This document shows, piece after piece, positions 10,091 to 22,900 of a stretch of 64,000 nucleotides of DNA. The stretch lies in the NCBI GenBank assembly GCA_011364965.1, contig RDOB01000002.1, positions 96,001 to 160,000 of the forward strand. Direction: 5' to 3'. Position numbers and translations under genes: made by a program. This stretch comes from Candidatus Heimdallarchaeota archaeon (GTDB lineage: Archaea > Asgardarchaeota > Heimdallarchaeia > Hodarchaeales > Hodarchaeaceae). Position 1 is the first letter of the stretch. The number at the start of each line of letters is the position of its first letter. Under the pieces are notes generated by a model. The model was given only the letters and a program-made list of their open reading frames with translations. It did not search any database and was not told the DNA's origin.

Positions 10091-10278
10091 GTTGATACGT
10101 CCTTTAATGTTTCAATAGTTTTCCGAGGCGTTGAAACATTATTTACATGTGAAATTTTTTCCTATTATACTAGGATTTATTACTGATTGAGGAATTAGAC
10201 ATCAATTAAAAATTTTGGCTATTAATGAAATAAATTATCATGTAGAATTTCTTGCAAAAAACAAATCTCTTGTATCCT

Positions 10279-10458
10279 TTAATCGGTTTCGCGGACTAAG
10301 GCGGGAGAATTTCCAGCTCCCCATTCTAATTCACGCTTCAACAGATCGCGAATAGCAATTCGTATCGCTTCTGAACGGCTGCTATATACTCCAGCTCTAA
10401 CTAATTCATCTAGTCCCTCTAAGTAAGTACTCGGAGCTTTAAAAGATATTAATTTCAT
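10279..10458 (-). CDS. Ribbon-helix-helix (CopG/Arc/MetJ, CdrS-like) regulator, 59 aa, absent from the ORF track
   Basis: Manual translation gives MKLISFKAPSTYLEGLDELVRAGVYSSRSEAIRIAIRDLLKRELEWGAGNSPALVRETD, with an RBS-like GTGTGA upstream. Confidence 0.85.
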   Translation of the reverse strand: MKLISFKAPSTYLEGLDELVRAGVYSSRSEAIRIAIRDLLKRELEWGAGNSPALVRETD

Positions 10459-11005
10459 ATATCACACGCTCATGACTTTCTATGGTTGATTTTTGGCAGG
10501 TAACCCCTTTAGCATCACATTCTAAGTTTTGGAATGTTTGGAAAAGGATATGGGTATTCCAAACCAGTTAAATCAGGTTTCATCTGTACTTGCTCTTTGC
10601 TTATATTATTTTGGCCTTTATAAAATATAGATTAAAAATAAATTTAGGTTCAGCAATAGATTGTGATTTTAATCACTTTCTTTTCCTCTTAATTTCTTGC
10701 TTTAATTGTTTTACATTAGGATCGTAAAGAATCCACATTCCTTCGTTTGCTACTGAGAGAGATTTTCGGGAAGTTCAAAAAAAATAGTACAGTCACTAAA
10801 ATTTCATTAAATTGTAGGAAAATATTCCATTCTAAAGGGTATAGTGAGATAATTTCCATAATAGTCCTTTTCTTTGAGGATTTTCCATGCCAAAAAATTG
10901 TAAAATCATGTTACACAGCAAAAGGTACCCTTCAAGCAGTTTTTTTCAGTGAAGAAAAAATGCTATAAAGGAGAGAATTAATTCCCATAAATATGGTGTT
11001 TTTGT

Positions 11006-11407
11006 ATGCCAGGTACATTTGAACGAATTAATGAAGAGATGTCACAATCACAAAAAAATCTTGATCAGGCATCCGATATTGCTCAGAATCTCTCTGAAAA
11101 GATATCCCAGTTACTTACAGAAAAAGCAAAAATTCAAACTCTAGCTAACGAGCTATCCAACAAAAATAAAGAACTAGAAGATCAAGTGAATAAGTTAAAA
11201 TCGAAATTAGCTGACGAGAAAGATAAATTTGAGAAAGAAACAGCTACTAGTGAAAATAAAATCGTTTCTCTTGAAAGAGAGCTGAGTTTATTGAGAGACG
11301 ACAAGGAGAAGCTTGAAAGGAAAGTAAAAGATAAGGATGAGAGAATAAAAACGCTTGAATCTCAAAAAGAGGAATTAACTAACGTTTTGAGGCAGAAAGA
11401 GTTTTAA
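11006..11407 (+). CDS. Small all-coiled-coil protein
   Basis: Continuous heptad, E/K/L-rich sequence with a GGTG RBS. Confidence 0.7.
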   Translation: MPGTFERINEEMSQSQKNLDQASDIAQNLSEKISQLLTEKAKIQTLANELSNKNKELEDQVNKLKSKLADEKDKFEKETATSENKIVSLERELSLLRDDKEKLERKVKDKDERIKTLESQKEELTNVLRQKEF

Positions 11408-11428
11408 ACGCCTTTAGGACGAGTTAAC

Positions 11429-12166
11429 GTGAGGATTGCATTCATTTCCGACATTCATGGAAATTTAGAAGCACTCAAGGCTGTTATAGAGGATATAGAT
11501 CAGACTCGATCTGTAGATTATATTTATTGCAATGGAGATATTGTTGGATATTATCCTAATCCTGTAGAGTGTATTGATATCATAAAAGAACGATGTGAAT
11601 ACACCATTCAGGGAAATCATGACGCTGCAATCACCACTCGAAATTTTTCAAAGAGAATTGAATGGTTCAATCCAATTGCAGCGAAAGCGTTGACATGGAC
11701 ACGGAATCGACTTTTGAAACCTGATGCAGATGTCCAGTTTCAATTTTTGAAATCCTTAAAACCTAGAAAGGAATTTCAATTGGAAAACAGACAGGTTTTG
11801 CTAGCTCACGGGACACCAGAGAAAAAATGGGAATATTTTCTCTATCCGTACTGGATTGATGAACCGTTGCTTGAACAGAAAGTTCGTATAAGTCAATGGT
11901 TAAAAAAATGGGATCTCGTTGTTTTAGGACATACACATTGGGCATTTTATTATAAAAATCGCGGAAAAATTACGTTAAATCCCGGTAGTGTTGGCCAACC
12001 GCGAGATGAAGATTCAAGAGCAAGCTATGCAATCGTAGATTTCACTAAAACAACAATGAAGCCACAAATAATCCGATTAAAATATGATATCTCAAAAACT
12101 TGTAGTGCTCTCTCATCAACTAATTTACCTGAAATTCTATGTGAACGACTTTATTTGGGAAAATAA
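11429..12166 (+). CDS. Calcineurin-like metallophosphoesterase
   Basis: Motifs SDIHGN, GDIVGY, GNHD, HG, GHTH and NPGSVGQPRD. Confidence 0.9.
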   Translation: MRIAFISDIHGNLEALKAVIEDIDQTRSVDYIYCNGDIVGYYPNPVECIDIIKERCEYTIQGNHDAAITTRNFSKRIEWFNPIAAKALTWTRNRLLKPDADVQFQFLKSLKPRKEFQLENRQVLLAHGTPEKKWEYFLYPYWIDEPLLEQKVRISQWLKKWDLVVLGHTHWAFYYKNRGKITLNPGSVGQPRDEDSRASYAIVDFTKTTMKPQIIRLKYDISKTCSALSSTNLPEILCERLYLGK

Positions 12167-12300
12167 TCCCTTTTTATGATTTATTTCATACCAAATTAAT
12201 GAAAAAACAATTTTTCATAATCTTTCCCCATCTCTAATAAACTGGTTAATATTTAAGGGTTGGGAGTAAAATAAATCAATACTGAAAGGTTTTAATTCTT

Positions 12301-12318
12301 AAGAAAAAGTTTAAATAA
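12301..12318 (+). promoter_or_regulatory. Candidate BRE/TATA promoter of the gyrB operon
   Basis: Purine-rich AAGAAAAAG followed by TTTAAATA about 110 bp upstream of gyrB. The AT-rich background weakens this call. Confidence 0.3.
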
Positions 12319-12426
12319 ACTCAAATTGCTAGTCTAATTAAGGTAAATTTAGTTCTTACACCTTATTGTTTATATTAAACAATTAAATCAGCAGAAAAAA
12401 TTTTTTAAAATTTTCGGTGTTCAATT

Positions 12427-14421
12427 TTGTCTTCAGAATATGGTGCAAGCTCAATTCAAGTACTTGAGGGGCTCGAAGCTGTTCGACGGCGTCCTGCCAT
12501 GTATATTGGCAGCATTGATGATTACGGTCTACATCACTTAGTTTGGGAGATCGTTGACAATTCAATCGATGAAGCTATGGCAGGTTTCTGTGATAGAATC
12601 AAAGTAATTCTTGGTCAGACTGAACGAGGACTTGAATCTGTTACAGTTCAAGATAATGGGCGTGGAATTCCTACTGAACCACATCCTCATTATAATATGT
12701 CATCCTTGGAATTGGTTACAACTCGACTTCACTCTGGAGGGAAATTCGATCATTCCTCTTATAAAGTAAGTGGAGGATTGCATGGGGTTGGAATTGCGGT
12801 TGTTAATGCATTATCCAGTTGGATGCAAGTAAAAGTAAAAAGAAATGGTAAAATTTTAATGCAAGAATACGTCCGTGGTGAAACTATTTCTCATGGTTTA
12901 ATCGAAGTGAAGGAAAACTGGGATTACAAGAGTGGTACACATACAACTTTCATCCCAGATCCTGATATATTTGAGACAGTACATTTTGATATAAACCCTA
13001 TTCGAAATCGTCTTAGAGAATTAGCTTTTCTTAATAAAGGCCTCACTATAACTCTTATTGATGAAAGAAAACCTAGAGATGATGATAAGGAGGAATCGAA
13101 ATCAGATATTCCTGATGAAGTTACTGAAGAAACTGAAAAACAAAACCGATGGATTTTTCACTATGATGGAGGAATAAAAGCTTATGTAGAACAGCTCGCC
13201 ACGAATCGCTTACATGAAGACTTACCTTATTTTGATGAGACAATAGAAACTACACAAGTTGAAGTTTCTCTTGCATACGATAATTCCGAACGCGATCTAA
13301 TCTATACATTTACAAATAACATTAATACACGTCATGGGGGAACTCATTTATCTGGATTTAAATCGGGTTTAACAAGAGCGATTAATTCTTATGCTTTGAA
13401 AAATGACCAATTAGTTAAAAATTCTCATTTAAAAAAGGAGCTTAAAGATAAAAGAAGTATATTTACTGGGAATGATGTTAGAGAGGGATTAGTTGCTGTT
13501 GTTTCTGTCAAAGTAATAAATCCACAATTTGAAGGACAAACTAAAACTAAGTTAGGAAATAGTGAAGTGAAAGGAGCAGTAGAAAGCTGTTCCTATGAGA
13601 ATATCTTGAAATTCCTTGAAGAACATCCATTAAGCGCTAAAGCAATAATCGAAAAATGCGAAGCTGCAGCTACATTAAGAATGAAGTATCGACAACTTCG
13701 TGATGCGGTACGAAAAACTCAAGTTAAAGGTACTGGGAAATTAGTTGATTGTGCTGTTACTGATCCTGCTCAAAGAGAGTTATTTTTAGTGGAGGGCGAT
13801 TCTGCTGGAGGAAGCGCAATTGAAGGCCGATTTAGCGAGTTTCAAGCGATCCTTCCTCTTCGTGGAAAAGTAATTAATGTAGAAAAAGCTAGATTAGAGA
13901 AAGCGATGAGAAATAAAGAAATTTTGGAAATTATTCGCGCGGTGGGAGGAGGATATAGGGAAAATTTTCAAATAGAAAATGTACGTTATCATAAAGTGAT
14001 TTTATTGATGGATGCGGATATTGATGGTCATCATATTGTTTGTTTATTACTTACATTTTTCTTCCGTTATATGCCCGAGCTTATTGACGAAGGTTATTTG
14101 TACATCGCTCAACCTCCATTATTCCGACTGAAAAAGGGAAATAAAGAAGTATATGTGCTTTCAGAGAAAGAAAAAAATGAAATCACAACAGAATGGGGAA
14201 GTAGGGTTGAAATTAGTCGATTCAAGGGACTCGGAGAAATGAATCCTATTCAATTAAGAAATACTGTAATGGATCCCAGTAATCGAACTCTTCTCCAAGT
14301 TACTAGGGAAAATATCATTGACGCAGAACACATATTTAAAACATTAATGGGCGATGAAGTTGCACCTAGAAGGGAGTTCATCGAATCACATGCCTTAGAG
14401 GCGGAAAATCTAGACTTTTAA
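12427..14421 (+). CDS. gyrB: DNA gyrase subunit B
   Basis: Motifs LEGLEAVRRRPAMYIG, EIVDNSIDE, DNGRGIP, GGLHGVG, VEGDSAGG, PLRGK, MDADIDG and RFKGLGEM. Confidence 0.97.
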   Translation: MSSEYGASSIQVLEGLEAVRRRPAMYIGSIDDYGLHHLVWEIVDNSIDEAMAGFCDRIKVILGQTERGLESVTVQDNGRGIPTEPHPHYNMSSLELVTTRLHSGGKFDHSSYKVSGGLHGVGIAVVNALSSWMQVKVKRNGKILMQEYVRGETISHGLIEVKENWDYKSGTHTTFIPDPDIFETVHFDINPIRNRLRELAFLNKGLTITLIDERKPRDDDKEESKSDIPDEVTEETEKQNRWIFHYDGGIKAYVEQLATNRLHEDLPYFDETIETTQVEVSLAYDNSERDLIYTFTNNINTRHGGTHLSGFKSGLTRAINSYALKNDQLVKNSHLKKELKDKRSIFTGNDVREGLVAVVSVKVINPQFEGQTKTKLGNSEVKGAVESCSYENILKFLEEHPLSAKAIIEKCEAAATLRMKYRQLRDAVRKTQVKGTGKLVDCAVTDPAQRELFLVEGDSAGGSAIEGRFSEFQAILPLRGKVINVEKARLEKAMRNKEILEIIRAVGGGYRENFQIENVRYHKVILLMDADIDGHHIVCLLLTFFFRYMPELIDEGYLYIAQPPLFRLKKGNKEVYVLSEKEKNEITTEWGSRVEISRFKGLGEMNPIQLRNTVMDPSNRTLLQVTRENIIDAEHIFKTLMGDEVAPRREFIESHALEAENLDF

Positions 14422-14426
14422 TAAAA

Positions 14427-16940
14427 TTGGTTGAGAATAACATGAGTAGCAATATTAAAATTACTCCTATTGAAAAAACAATGTCAAAAAGCTATTTAGA
14501 GTATTCGATGTCAGTTATAACTAGTAGAGCCTTGCCCCACGTTCGAGATGGACTAAAACCAGTTCATCGACGAATTTTCTGGGCTATGCATAATTTGGGT
14601 TTGGTTCATTCGAAACCACCAAGAAAGTGCGCTCGTACAATAGGAGAGACACATGCTAAATATCACCCACATGGAGAAACAGCAGTTTATGATGCATTAG
14701 TGCGAATGGCCCAACCTTTTTCATTAAGATATCCATTAATCGAGGGTCAGGGAAATTTTGGAAGCATGGATGGACAACCTCCTGCTGCCCAACGGTATAC
14801 TGAAGCAAGAATGCAGGAAATTGCTGGTGAATTGTTAAAAGATATCGAAAAAGAAACTGTTGACTTTGTTGATAATTTTGACGGTTTAGATAAAGAACCA
14901 GTGGTCTTACCTGCTAGAATTCCAAATCTATTAATTAATGGAGTGATGGGGATTGCAGTAGGTATGGCAACATCAATGCCTCCCCATAATCTGAGTGAGA
15001 TCTTAAATGGTGTAATTGCAACAATTAAAAATCCTGATATCACGATTAAAGAGTTGATGAATCACATACCTGGTCCAGACTTTCCTACTGGAGGGGTTAT
15101 TTATGGTACAGCTGGGATAAAAGAGGCCTATCATACAGGCACTGGAAGTGTAATTCTCCGAGCTAAGTATGAAATTGTCGAGACCAAATCAAAAACCCAA
15201 ATTATAGTAACTGAAGTTCCTTATCTTGTTAAACGTCAAGATACGATTGAACAGAGAGGATTGGTCGATGTAGTACAAAAATTAAAGGATGATGGAAAAT
15301 TTCCTGAACTTGGGAAGATTAAAAATGAATCGAATATCATTCATGGTACTAGAATAGTAATCAACGTAAAACAAACTGCTAATTTAGATATTGTCCTCAA
15401 TCAATTATTTAAATATACGCCAATGCAGACATCCTATTCTATCAGAAATATGGTTCTTGTTGATGAGCGTGTAGGGGATGAGATAAAGTTTAGGCCAAAA
15501 AATCTGAATATAAAGGAATTAATAACTCAATTTATTGATCATAGGAAGGAAGTTGTATATCGAAGAACTCAATTTGATTTAAGAAAGGCGCGCGAGAGAG
15601 CTCATATATTAGAAGGGAGAAAAGTAGTTGTGGAAAACATTGATGAGGTAATTCGAATTATACGTGGTTCTGCTACTGGTTCCGATGCTCAAGAAGCATT
15701 AATTGAAAAATATTCATTCACCGAAATACAAGCCAGAGACATTCTTTCTTTACCTCTACGTAGTTTGACACGATTTGATAGAGAAAAGATTATTCAGGAA
15801 TACGAGGAAGTACTTAAGGCGATTCAAGAATACGAGGAAATTTTAGCTAGTGAACAGCGCGTGTTAGATATAATAATCACAGAAACAGAGGAAATAATAA
15901 AGAGATATGGGGATGCTCGTAAAACTGAAATTCTCCGAGATGATTCTGAAGATTTTCAGGATTGGACTGGGAAAACAGAGGAAGATTTTATTACCAAAGA
16001 GGATATTGTAGTTACGTTAACTCAAAATGGTTATATTAAAGCAATCTCTGCTGAAGTATATAACAGCCAAAGAAGAGGAGGGAAGGGGATAAAATCTATG
16101 GAGCTAGGGAAGGATGATTTTTTGCTAGAGATGATAGTTGCTTCAACTCATGATACAATTCTATTCTTTACAACAAGCGGAAAAGTCTACCGAGCTAGAG
16201 GATTTGAAATTCCTCGGTCAAAACAAAGAGTAACCAAGGGTACAAATATTGTAAATCTTTTAAAGATGGAACCAGACGAGGAAATTGAAACATTAATTCC
16301 TATTTCGGATTTTGATGAAACAAAATATTTGATATTAGCAACGAAAAATGGATTGATTAAAAAAACATCATTAACTGATTATTCTAACATTCGAACCACA
16401 GGTATTATTGCAATTCAGCTTCGGGAGGATGATCAAATCGTTGGGGTAAAAATAACAAACGGAAATGATGCAATTATACTAGCAACCGCTGATGGAAAAG
16501 CAATACGATTCCCGGAGAAGGATGTTCGTCCTGTTGGCCGAGGAAGTATTGGAGTTCTTGGCATACGTCTAAATGAAGGAGATTCGGTAGTAGATATAGC
16601 AATTGTTGATGAAACAAAAACTTTACTTACTGTGTGTCAAAACGGATATGGAAAAAGATCTAAATATGACCAATACAGAACAACTCGTCGTAATGGAAAA
16701 GGAATCATTAATATCAAGACTACTGAAAGGAACGGACCTGTTATTGCAGTGAAAAGTGTATCAAATAAAGATCAGCTTCTTATGGTAGCAACTGATGGCA
16801 AATTAATCCAGATTCCAATCAAAGGAATACGAACTATCGGAAGAGCTACTTCTGGAGTTACTCTGATGAAATTAGATTACGAAGAAGGTGTTAGTATTTC
16901 CTCGATTGCTATACTCTCTGATGAGGAAGGTGCTGAATGA
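14427..16940 (+). CDS. gyrA: DNA gyrase subunit A (start may be ATG 14442)
   Basis: DGLKPVHRR, YHPHG, catalytic AAQRYTEAR, GyrA-box QRRGGKG and beta-pinwheel CTD repeats. Confidence 0.97.
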   Translation: MVENNMSSNIKITPIEKTMSKSYLEYSMSVITSRALPHVRDGLKPVHRRIFWAMHNLGLVHSKPPRKCARTIGETHAKYHPHGETAVYDALVRMAQPFSLRYPLIEGQGNFGSMDGQPPAAQRYTEARMQEIAGELLKDIEKETVDFVDNFDGLDKEPVVLPARIPNLLINGVMGIAVGMATSMPPHNLSEILNGVIATIKNPDITIKELMNHIPGPDFPTGGVIYGTAGIKEAYHTGTGSVILRAKYEIVETKSKTQIIVTEVPYLVKRQDTIEQRGLVDVVQKLKDDGKFPELGKIKNESNIIHGTRIVINVKQTANLDIVLNQLFKYTPMQTSYSIRNMVLVDERVGDEIKFRPKNLNIKELITQFIDHRKEVVYRRTQFDLRKARERAHILEGRKVVVENIDEVIRIIRGSATGSDAQEALIEKYSFTEIQARDILSLPLRSLTRFDREKIIQEYEEVLKAIQEYEEILASEQRVLDIIITETEEIIKRYGDARKTEILRDDSEDFQDWTGKTEEDFITKEDIVVTLTQNGYIKAISAEVYNSQRRGGKGIKSMELGKDDFLLEMIVASTHDTILFFTTSGKVYRARGFEIPRSKQRVTKGTNIVNLLKMEPDEEIETLIPISDFDETKYLILATKNGLIKKTSLTDYSNIRTTGIIAIQLREDDQIVGVKITNGNDAIILATADGKAIRFPEKDVRPVGRGSIGVLGIRLNEGDSVVDIAIVDETKTLLTVCQNGYGKRSKYDQYRTTRRNGKGIINIKTTERNGPVIAVKSVSNKDQLLMVATDGKLIQIPIKGIRTIGRATSGVTLMKLDYEEGVSISSIAILSDEEGAE

Positions 16941-19900
16941 TGACTGACGCTGTTAAATCATCAAAAAAAGGGAAAATAACAAAGGAAAAGGTTGTAAAAA
17001 GATCTGCAGCTGATTTCTTTCAAGATAATAAAGCAATTGCGGGTTTCGACAACACCATGCGTGTAGTTTTCACCAGCGTTAGAGAACTTGTTGAAAATGG
17101 GTTGGATGCTGCAGAAAGAATAGGGAAACTTCCAGAACTTATTATTACAATCTCAAGACTCAAAAAGGAGGAAATTGCAAAGCTATTAAATGTTAGTTCT
17201 TTTGATTCATCAGAGAAACTTGATTTCATTCGACTTACTGTGCGAGATAATGGAAGTGGAGTTCAATCTGAATTTGTGCCTCCTTTATTTGGAAGAGTGT
17301 TGACAGGGAGCAATTATGGCGCTAGACAGTCACGCGGTCGATTTGGTTTAGGTGCCAAAATGGTGTTGCTTAATGCCATGTCCTCCGTTGATTTACCTCT
17401 TATCGTCAAATCGAAACATATGAACGAAGATTTTACTAGTTATCATGAAATTATGATAAATTTAGCCGAAAATGAGCCAATTATTCTCTTGAAACGAGAG
17501 ATCCCTCAAGAAACTCCTGAAGCAATCCCTGAATCAGGGACGGAAGTGAGTGTTACTTTCACTGGTTCTTGGAATTTAGCCTCCCGTTGGATAAGGGAAT
17601 ACTTCTCTCAACTTAGTTTAATAACACCTTACGCAAGGATTCTTGTTACTTATCCTGATAGTGAATCTCCTGAAGAAATGCCCCGAGTAGTTGAGGATAT
17701 GCCTGGTTATCCCCAAATTGCCAAAGTTCATCCTTGGGGAACAGATATAACACAATTTAAACGGGAAATTGCTGTTACTAAAAGTCCAACCGTGGAAGAG
17801 TTTTTACAAGATCATTTTCAAGGGATTGGGAAAAAAACAGCCCAAGAATTTCTTGAGTACGTTAAAATTGATAACACTAAATCGCCACATGACCTTAGTG
17901 CTAGTGATATTCGCCGAATTGTGCATGAAGGTTTTGTTATGCCAGATTCTGACCCTAAAAAGCGCCGAGATCAGAAATATTTCCCTTTCAAAAGGCCATC
18001 TGGGGATTCATTGAGTCCTCTAAGCGCAGAATTACTTGCGAAAGGGATTCAAAAAGAATTGGATCCTCAATTTGTAAGATCAGCAACTGGTGATATTTCT
18101 GCATATTCTGGTCATCCATTTATTGTTGAAGCAGCTTTAGCTTATGGGGGTCCTATACTTTCTAAGGAAGAGGGGAGCAAATCAGGAACACCAAGAATTT
18201 ATAGATATGCAAACCGTATACCATTATTATTCGGAGCAGGTAATGATATTATCACAAAATGCGTTCAAAAAATGAACTGGAGAAACTACAAGATTAACAT
18301 CAATAAAGCTCCAATAGCAATCGTAGTATCTGTTGTTTCATCCAAAATTCCTTTTCCCGAGACAAGTAAAGAATATATCGCTGATGTTGATGAGTTAAGA
18401 AAAGAAATTTACAAAGTGCTGAAGAAACTAGCCCGTGGGCTTGGAACGCACTTAGGAAAAGCTGAGAGGGAACGAAGGGAGAAACAAAGGCAATCTAGAT
18501 TCGAGAGTGCAGCGCCTAAGGTTATAGACAATCTTAGTAAAATTCTTGAGACAACGGATACCCCTTTTCTTCTCAAATCTCCAGAAGAAATAGCTAAATT
18601 AGAAAAAGCTCTTGCTTCTGCAGAAACCAAGCTTATACGTCGAAAATATCCCCCTAGCCCTGCGATTTCCAGTATTGGTGAGTGGTTACCGATGACCACA
18701 TACGCCACATTAGTGGAAAATGGTATACAAACTATTTACCAGTTTTTAAGGGCACCAAACGTTGAATTAATGTCTATTACTGGTTTATCAGAAAAAAGAG
18801 TAGCAGAAATAAAACGTTTAACTGTTACTAGCCAAAATCGTGCTACTCAGTCCCCTTCTCTCCGTGAGTTTGAGATATTTGATAAACGACTAGAAAACGA
18901 CTTTAATAAATATCTCGAGGCACCTAGGATCCATAGAGCTTTAACTAAGCGCTGGTTGGTGTCAGCGCTTGATTTATTTGCTACACCTATTACGCAACTC
19001 CGAATGGTGGAATCATTAGCTGAAAAGTTAATCTACGAATCCAAGATTCAAATGATTAACACTTTAATCGCTGAGAGTACAATACCAGAGATCGAATTCG
19101 ATACACTTCCTTGGATGACAAACGATCTCCAAAAATCTTTAAAATCTGCAAAAATTCACACATTATTTGAATATTTAGCTAGTTTCCCTGAGAAATTGGC
19201 CGATTTACCTTACCTAAATGAAATATTGATTGAAAAAATAAAACAAGAGATACGGGAAGGAATTAAACAAGGATATATTGATGGAGAAAAGGTAATTGGT
19301 GCAGCTACTTTTGAGTGGATGGACTACCGTGTCACACCTAGATTGAGAGGGAGGAAGGTTTCTAAAATTATAGAATTCCTTGAAACATCTAATGAAAAAC
19401 TATCAGAGCTTTCAGAACTGACTGAAAATTTAATTAATAAGTCAAAAGATGAAATCAAACCTCATCTAGCTCGATTCAATGATGAGAATTCATTGAACAC
19501 TCTTCCAGGTATTAATGAAACCATGAAAGCTGATTTTATGCGAGTAGAGGTAATCGGATTCATTGATTACTTATCTAAACCTAATTCGGAACTGGTATTT
19601 GTACGGGGGCTAGTTGATAATCTTATTATTCAGAAACAAGATGAAATTATGGATCAGGTAAGTCAGCAACATGAATTATTCCCAATAAAACACGCTTGGT
19701 GGCTGGATAGAGAGTTAGAGAATAAATTAAAATCAATAGGAATTAATTCAGTTTTTGATTTCGTTCGGTATCCCACCCAACAACTAGCAGAAATAAAAAA
19801 TTTGGATTACCAAACCCTTGAGACCATAAAAAATACTTATGGGACTCCTATACCTTTGATAAACGATCAAGATAAGGTAAAACTAGACAATCAGCAGATA

Positions 19901-22900
19901 ATCTGCCTAGAAGAATTAGAATTTATAGATGATTTCTCAAAAATCAAACCTGAAGAACTCTCGAAGAAATTAAAAGATTTGATGATATATATTCAAGCTC
20001 CAATTTGTTACTTGCCTATTCCAAGTAAATTTTATCAAATTCTTCATCATTTAGGTGTATCTCAAATTTTTGATTTCTTAATCTGGCCTGACCATGATTT
20101 ACACCATAAAGGAGGACTTCCTTACAAATTAATAGAGGAAATCAAAAGTGAAATATCTTTGGACATGATTCAAGACTTAATTAAATCAAAAAGTGTTTTA
20201 GTATCTGCTATTTCAAATAATCTTGACTCAAAATTACTAGATAAAATACCAGCTGATTTTACTTTACAGGAGTTGTATTATAGATTACCATACGCAGATG
20301 ATCGTCTAGCAAACCTTCAGTTAAGTAAGACAGAGATTGAAACTCTTATTGATATTTTTCTTACTCCTATATCAAGGATTCCTTCCATAAAACCCAAATT
20401 TATTAACAAATTAAGAAATATCAGTATAAATACATTTATTGATCTAATAACATGGGAAAGAGAAGTAATTGCTAAAATTATTGGAAGAGATGAGAAATAT
20501 ATTCAATCAATTTTTGAGAATTTTGAACAATTTACTTCTGGAAAACCTCTATTCAATTTAGGAGTTTTTAATCAAACTGAAATCAAAGCGTTAATCTCTC
20601 AAGGATTCAAAACAGTTGAGGATCTTTATTTTCGTGCAAATCATGAAACATTTGGTACTATGGGCGTAAAATGGAAGAAAATTGAAAGATACCAGAGAAT
20701 TCTAGAAACTCCAGTAGCAATGCTTCAAACAAGATCAGAACAAGGTAAAATTTCTCACGATGCGTTGGAAAGATTAGCAGATAATGGTATAGACCAAATA
20801 ATCAAGCTTGTTTATTGGCCAGAGAATGAATTACAATCTATCCTAAAAATACCCGAAAAACGAATTATTGAATTGAAAGATTCTATTGCTATTAAAGAAC
20901 ATGGCATGCCTTTGACCAAGGTGTGTGGGTATAATAAAAAAACTCTGAATACCCTTCTAAGTTACGGTATCGAGACAATTGAGGATCTCTATTTTAGCGC
21001 GTCCGAAGATATGGTTGACGAGGATGATGATATCGAGTGGGATTACGTTAAACAGGCAATTGAAGCACTTGACATACCTATTTCATTTTTAGATGGCATT
21101 ATTGCTACAAAATATATTGAAAAATTACAGGGTAAAAAAATCGACACGATAATACGCTTTTTGATAACATCAGAAGAGGAGCTAAGTGAGATCTTGGGTA
21201 CTCCTATAGACAATGTGGAGAATTTAAGACAGAAAATCAACCTTATTCGTTTTAGGGAATCAACTGAAACTTCTATTTCAATTTTGGAGGGATTAACAAG
21301 AAAACAACTCAGAGTTCTTTCTGAAGAGAATATATCCTCAATTTACGATTTTATAATTGCAAATGACGAATCCTTGGCAAGTATATTAGAGATGGATTTA
21401 GAACAAGTGAGTTCAATGAAAAATAATTTGAATTATGATAGTATTCGCATTATTAAAGAGGAAAAAATGGTTCCTCTAGTCAAGATATCGCTTTTTGATA
21501 AAAGAATCGTAAAGCAGCTAGCACGTATGGGGATTGAAAGTTTAGCTGATCTTTATTATGTAGCTACTCCTAAAACGTTTGAAGAAAGCTCAATAAGTTG
21601 GCAAATGATCCAAGATGCAAGAGCAATACTCGATTTGCCAATAGAAATCATTCCTGAAATCACAAAAAAGGAAATAAATACCTTAAAAAAGGCGAAAATT
21701 AAAATAATATTTGATTTACTCATGGAAAGTCCTGAAGAATTATTTAAAAGAACCAATATAGATGCAGAAACAATTGAATCATTACAGAATTCAATAATTA
21801 TTGATGAACTAATAACAATTCTAAAACGTTTATCAGTAGATAAATTCAATTTTCCTAAAGAGTATTTTGCTGAAATAAAGAAAAATAAGCTTGATTCAGC
21901 TTATGATTTAATTTCTTATGAGAATGAAGATCTTTTTCTCAGTCAAGAAGGAAAGAAAAAAGTAAGAATCGATAAAAATAGTTGGGTGGATGTTTCCTCA
22001 ATCCTATCTATACCTCTTCGTCTTTTTATGAATTTTGAAAATGAAATTATGAAGGGTTTAAAGCGAAAGCGTATTATAAACTTAAGAGATGCATATGCAG
22101 CTTCTGAAGAAAAGTTTGATGGTTTATTTGAGGATGGAGGATTGGATTTCCTGGAAACATTGCGTGTTTTAGATTTTAAAGAAATTAGAGATTTTCTGAG
22201 AATATCAATATGTTTCACACCTCATATCTCTCCTGAATGGCTTTTTTCCTTAATAAACAATTCAATTTATACCATAGAAGACATTTTATCTTGTGAACTA
22301 AGAGATCTTACTAAAATTCTGAATTCTTCTTTACCAAGAACTAGAAACTTCATAAAAGAAATATCTATGAATAGTACATTAAAATGCCTTGAGGAAGAGC
22401 TTATTCCTCTAGATAAACTCTCTTCAATCTTCTCATCAGAAATAATAACCAAATTAGAGAGTATAGGGTATAATTCGTTACAAGACTTTATCATTCGGAT
22501 AACAGATGCTACTGATATCGATGGAGTTTCAGATGTTCTAAAAATCCTTAATTCACCCGTTAATAGATTATCCGATGATATACCCCTTAGCGAAATAAGG
22601 AAACTATCTCAACAAGGAATTTCCACAATTAGAGATTGGTTAATTGTACAAAATTCAGTTATATCAGACATAATTGATATTGAAAAAGACATTATTTACG
22701 AATTAAAGCGTTCATTTGATTTTAAGAGCATAAGTGAAGTTTCAGATGTAGAAACCTCCTTAAATGATTACATTGAGAAAGGGTACATCGATTTTGACGA
22801 ATTAAATAAATTAGGGATTCGTACTATCGAAGATTTGCAATTTATTGAAATAGATACACTCTCTGCTTCAGAAGAATTTTTATCTCGTATAAGATCATTA

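Noticed and set aside
10747-10968. 73-aa ORF upstream of the coiled-coil gene
   Set aside because: TTG start, no RBS or motif, lying in an AT-rich probable promoter region.
12427-16940. Topoisomerase IV (parE/parC) instead of gyrase
   Set aside because: The canonical GyrA-box QRRGGKG and a full-length CTD indicate gyrase.
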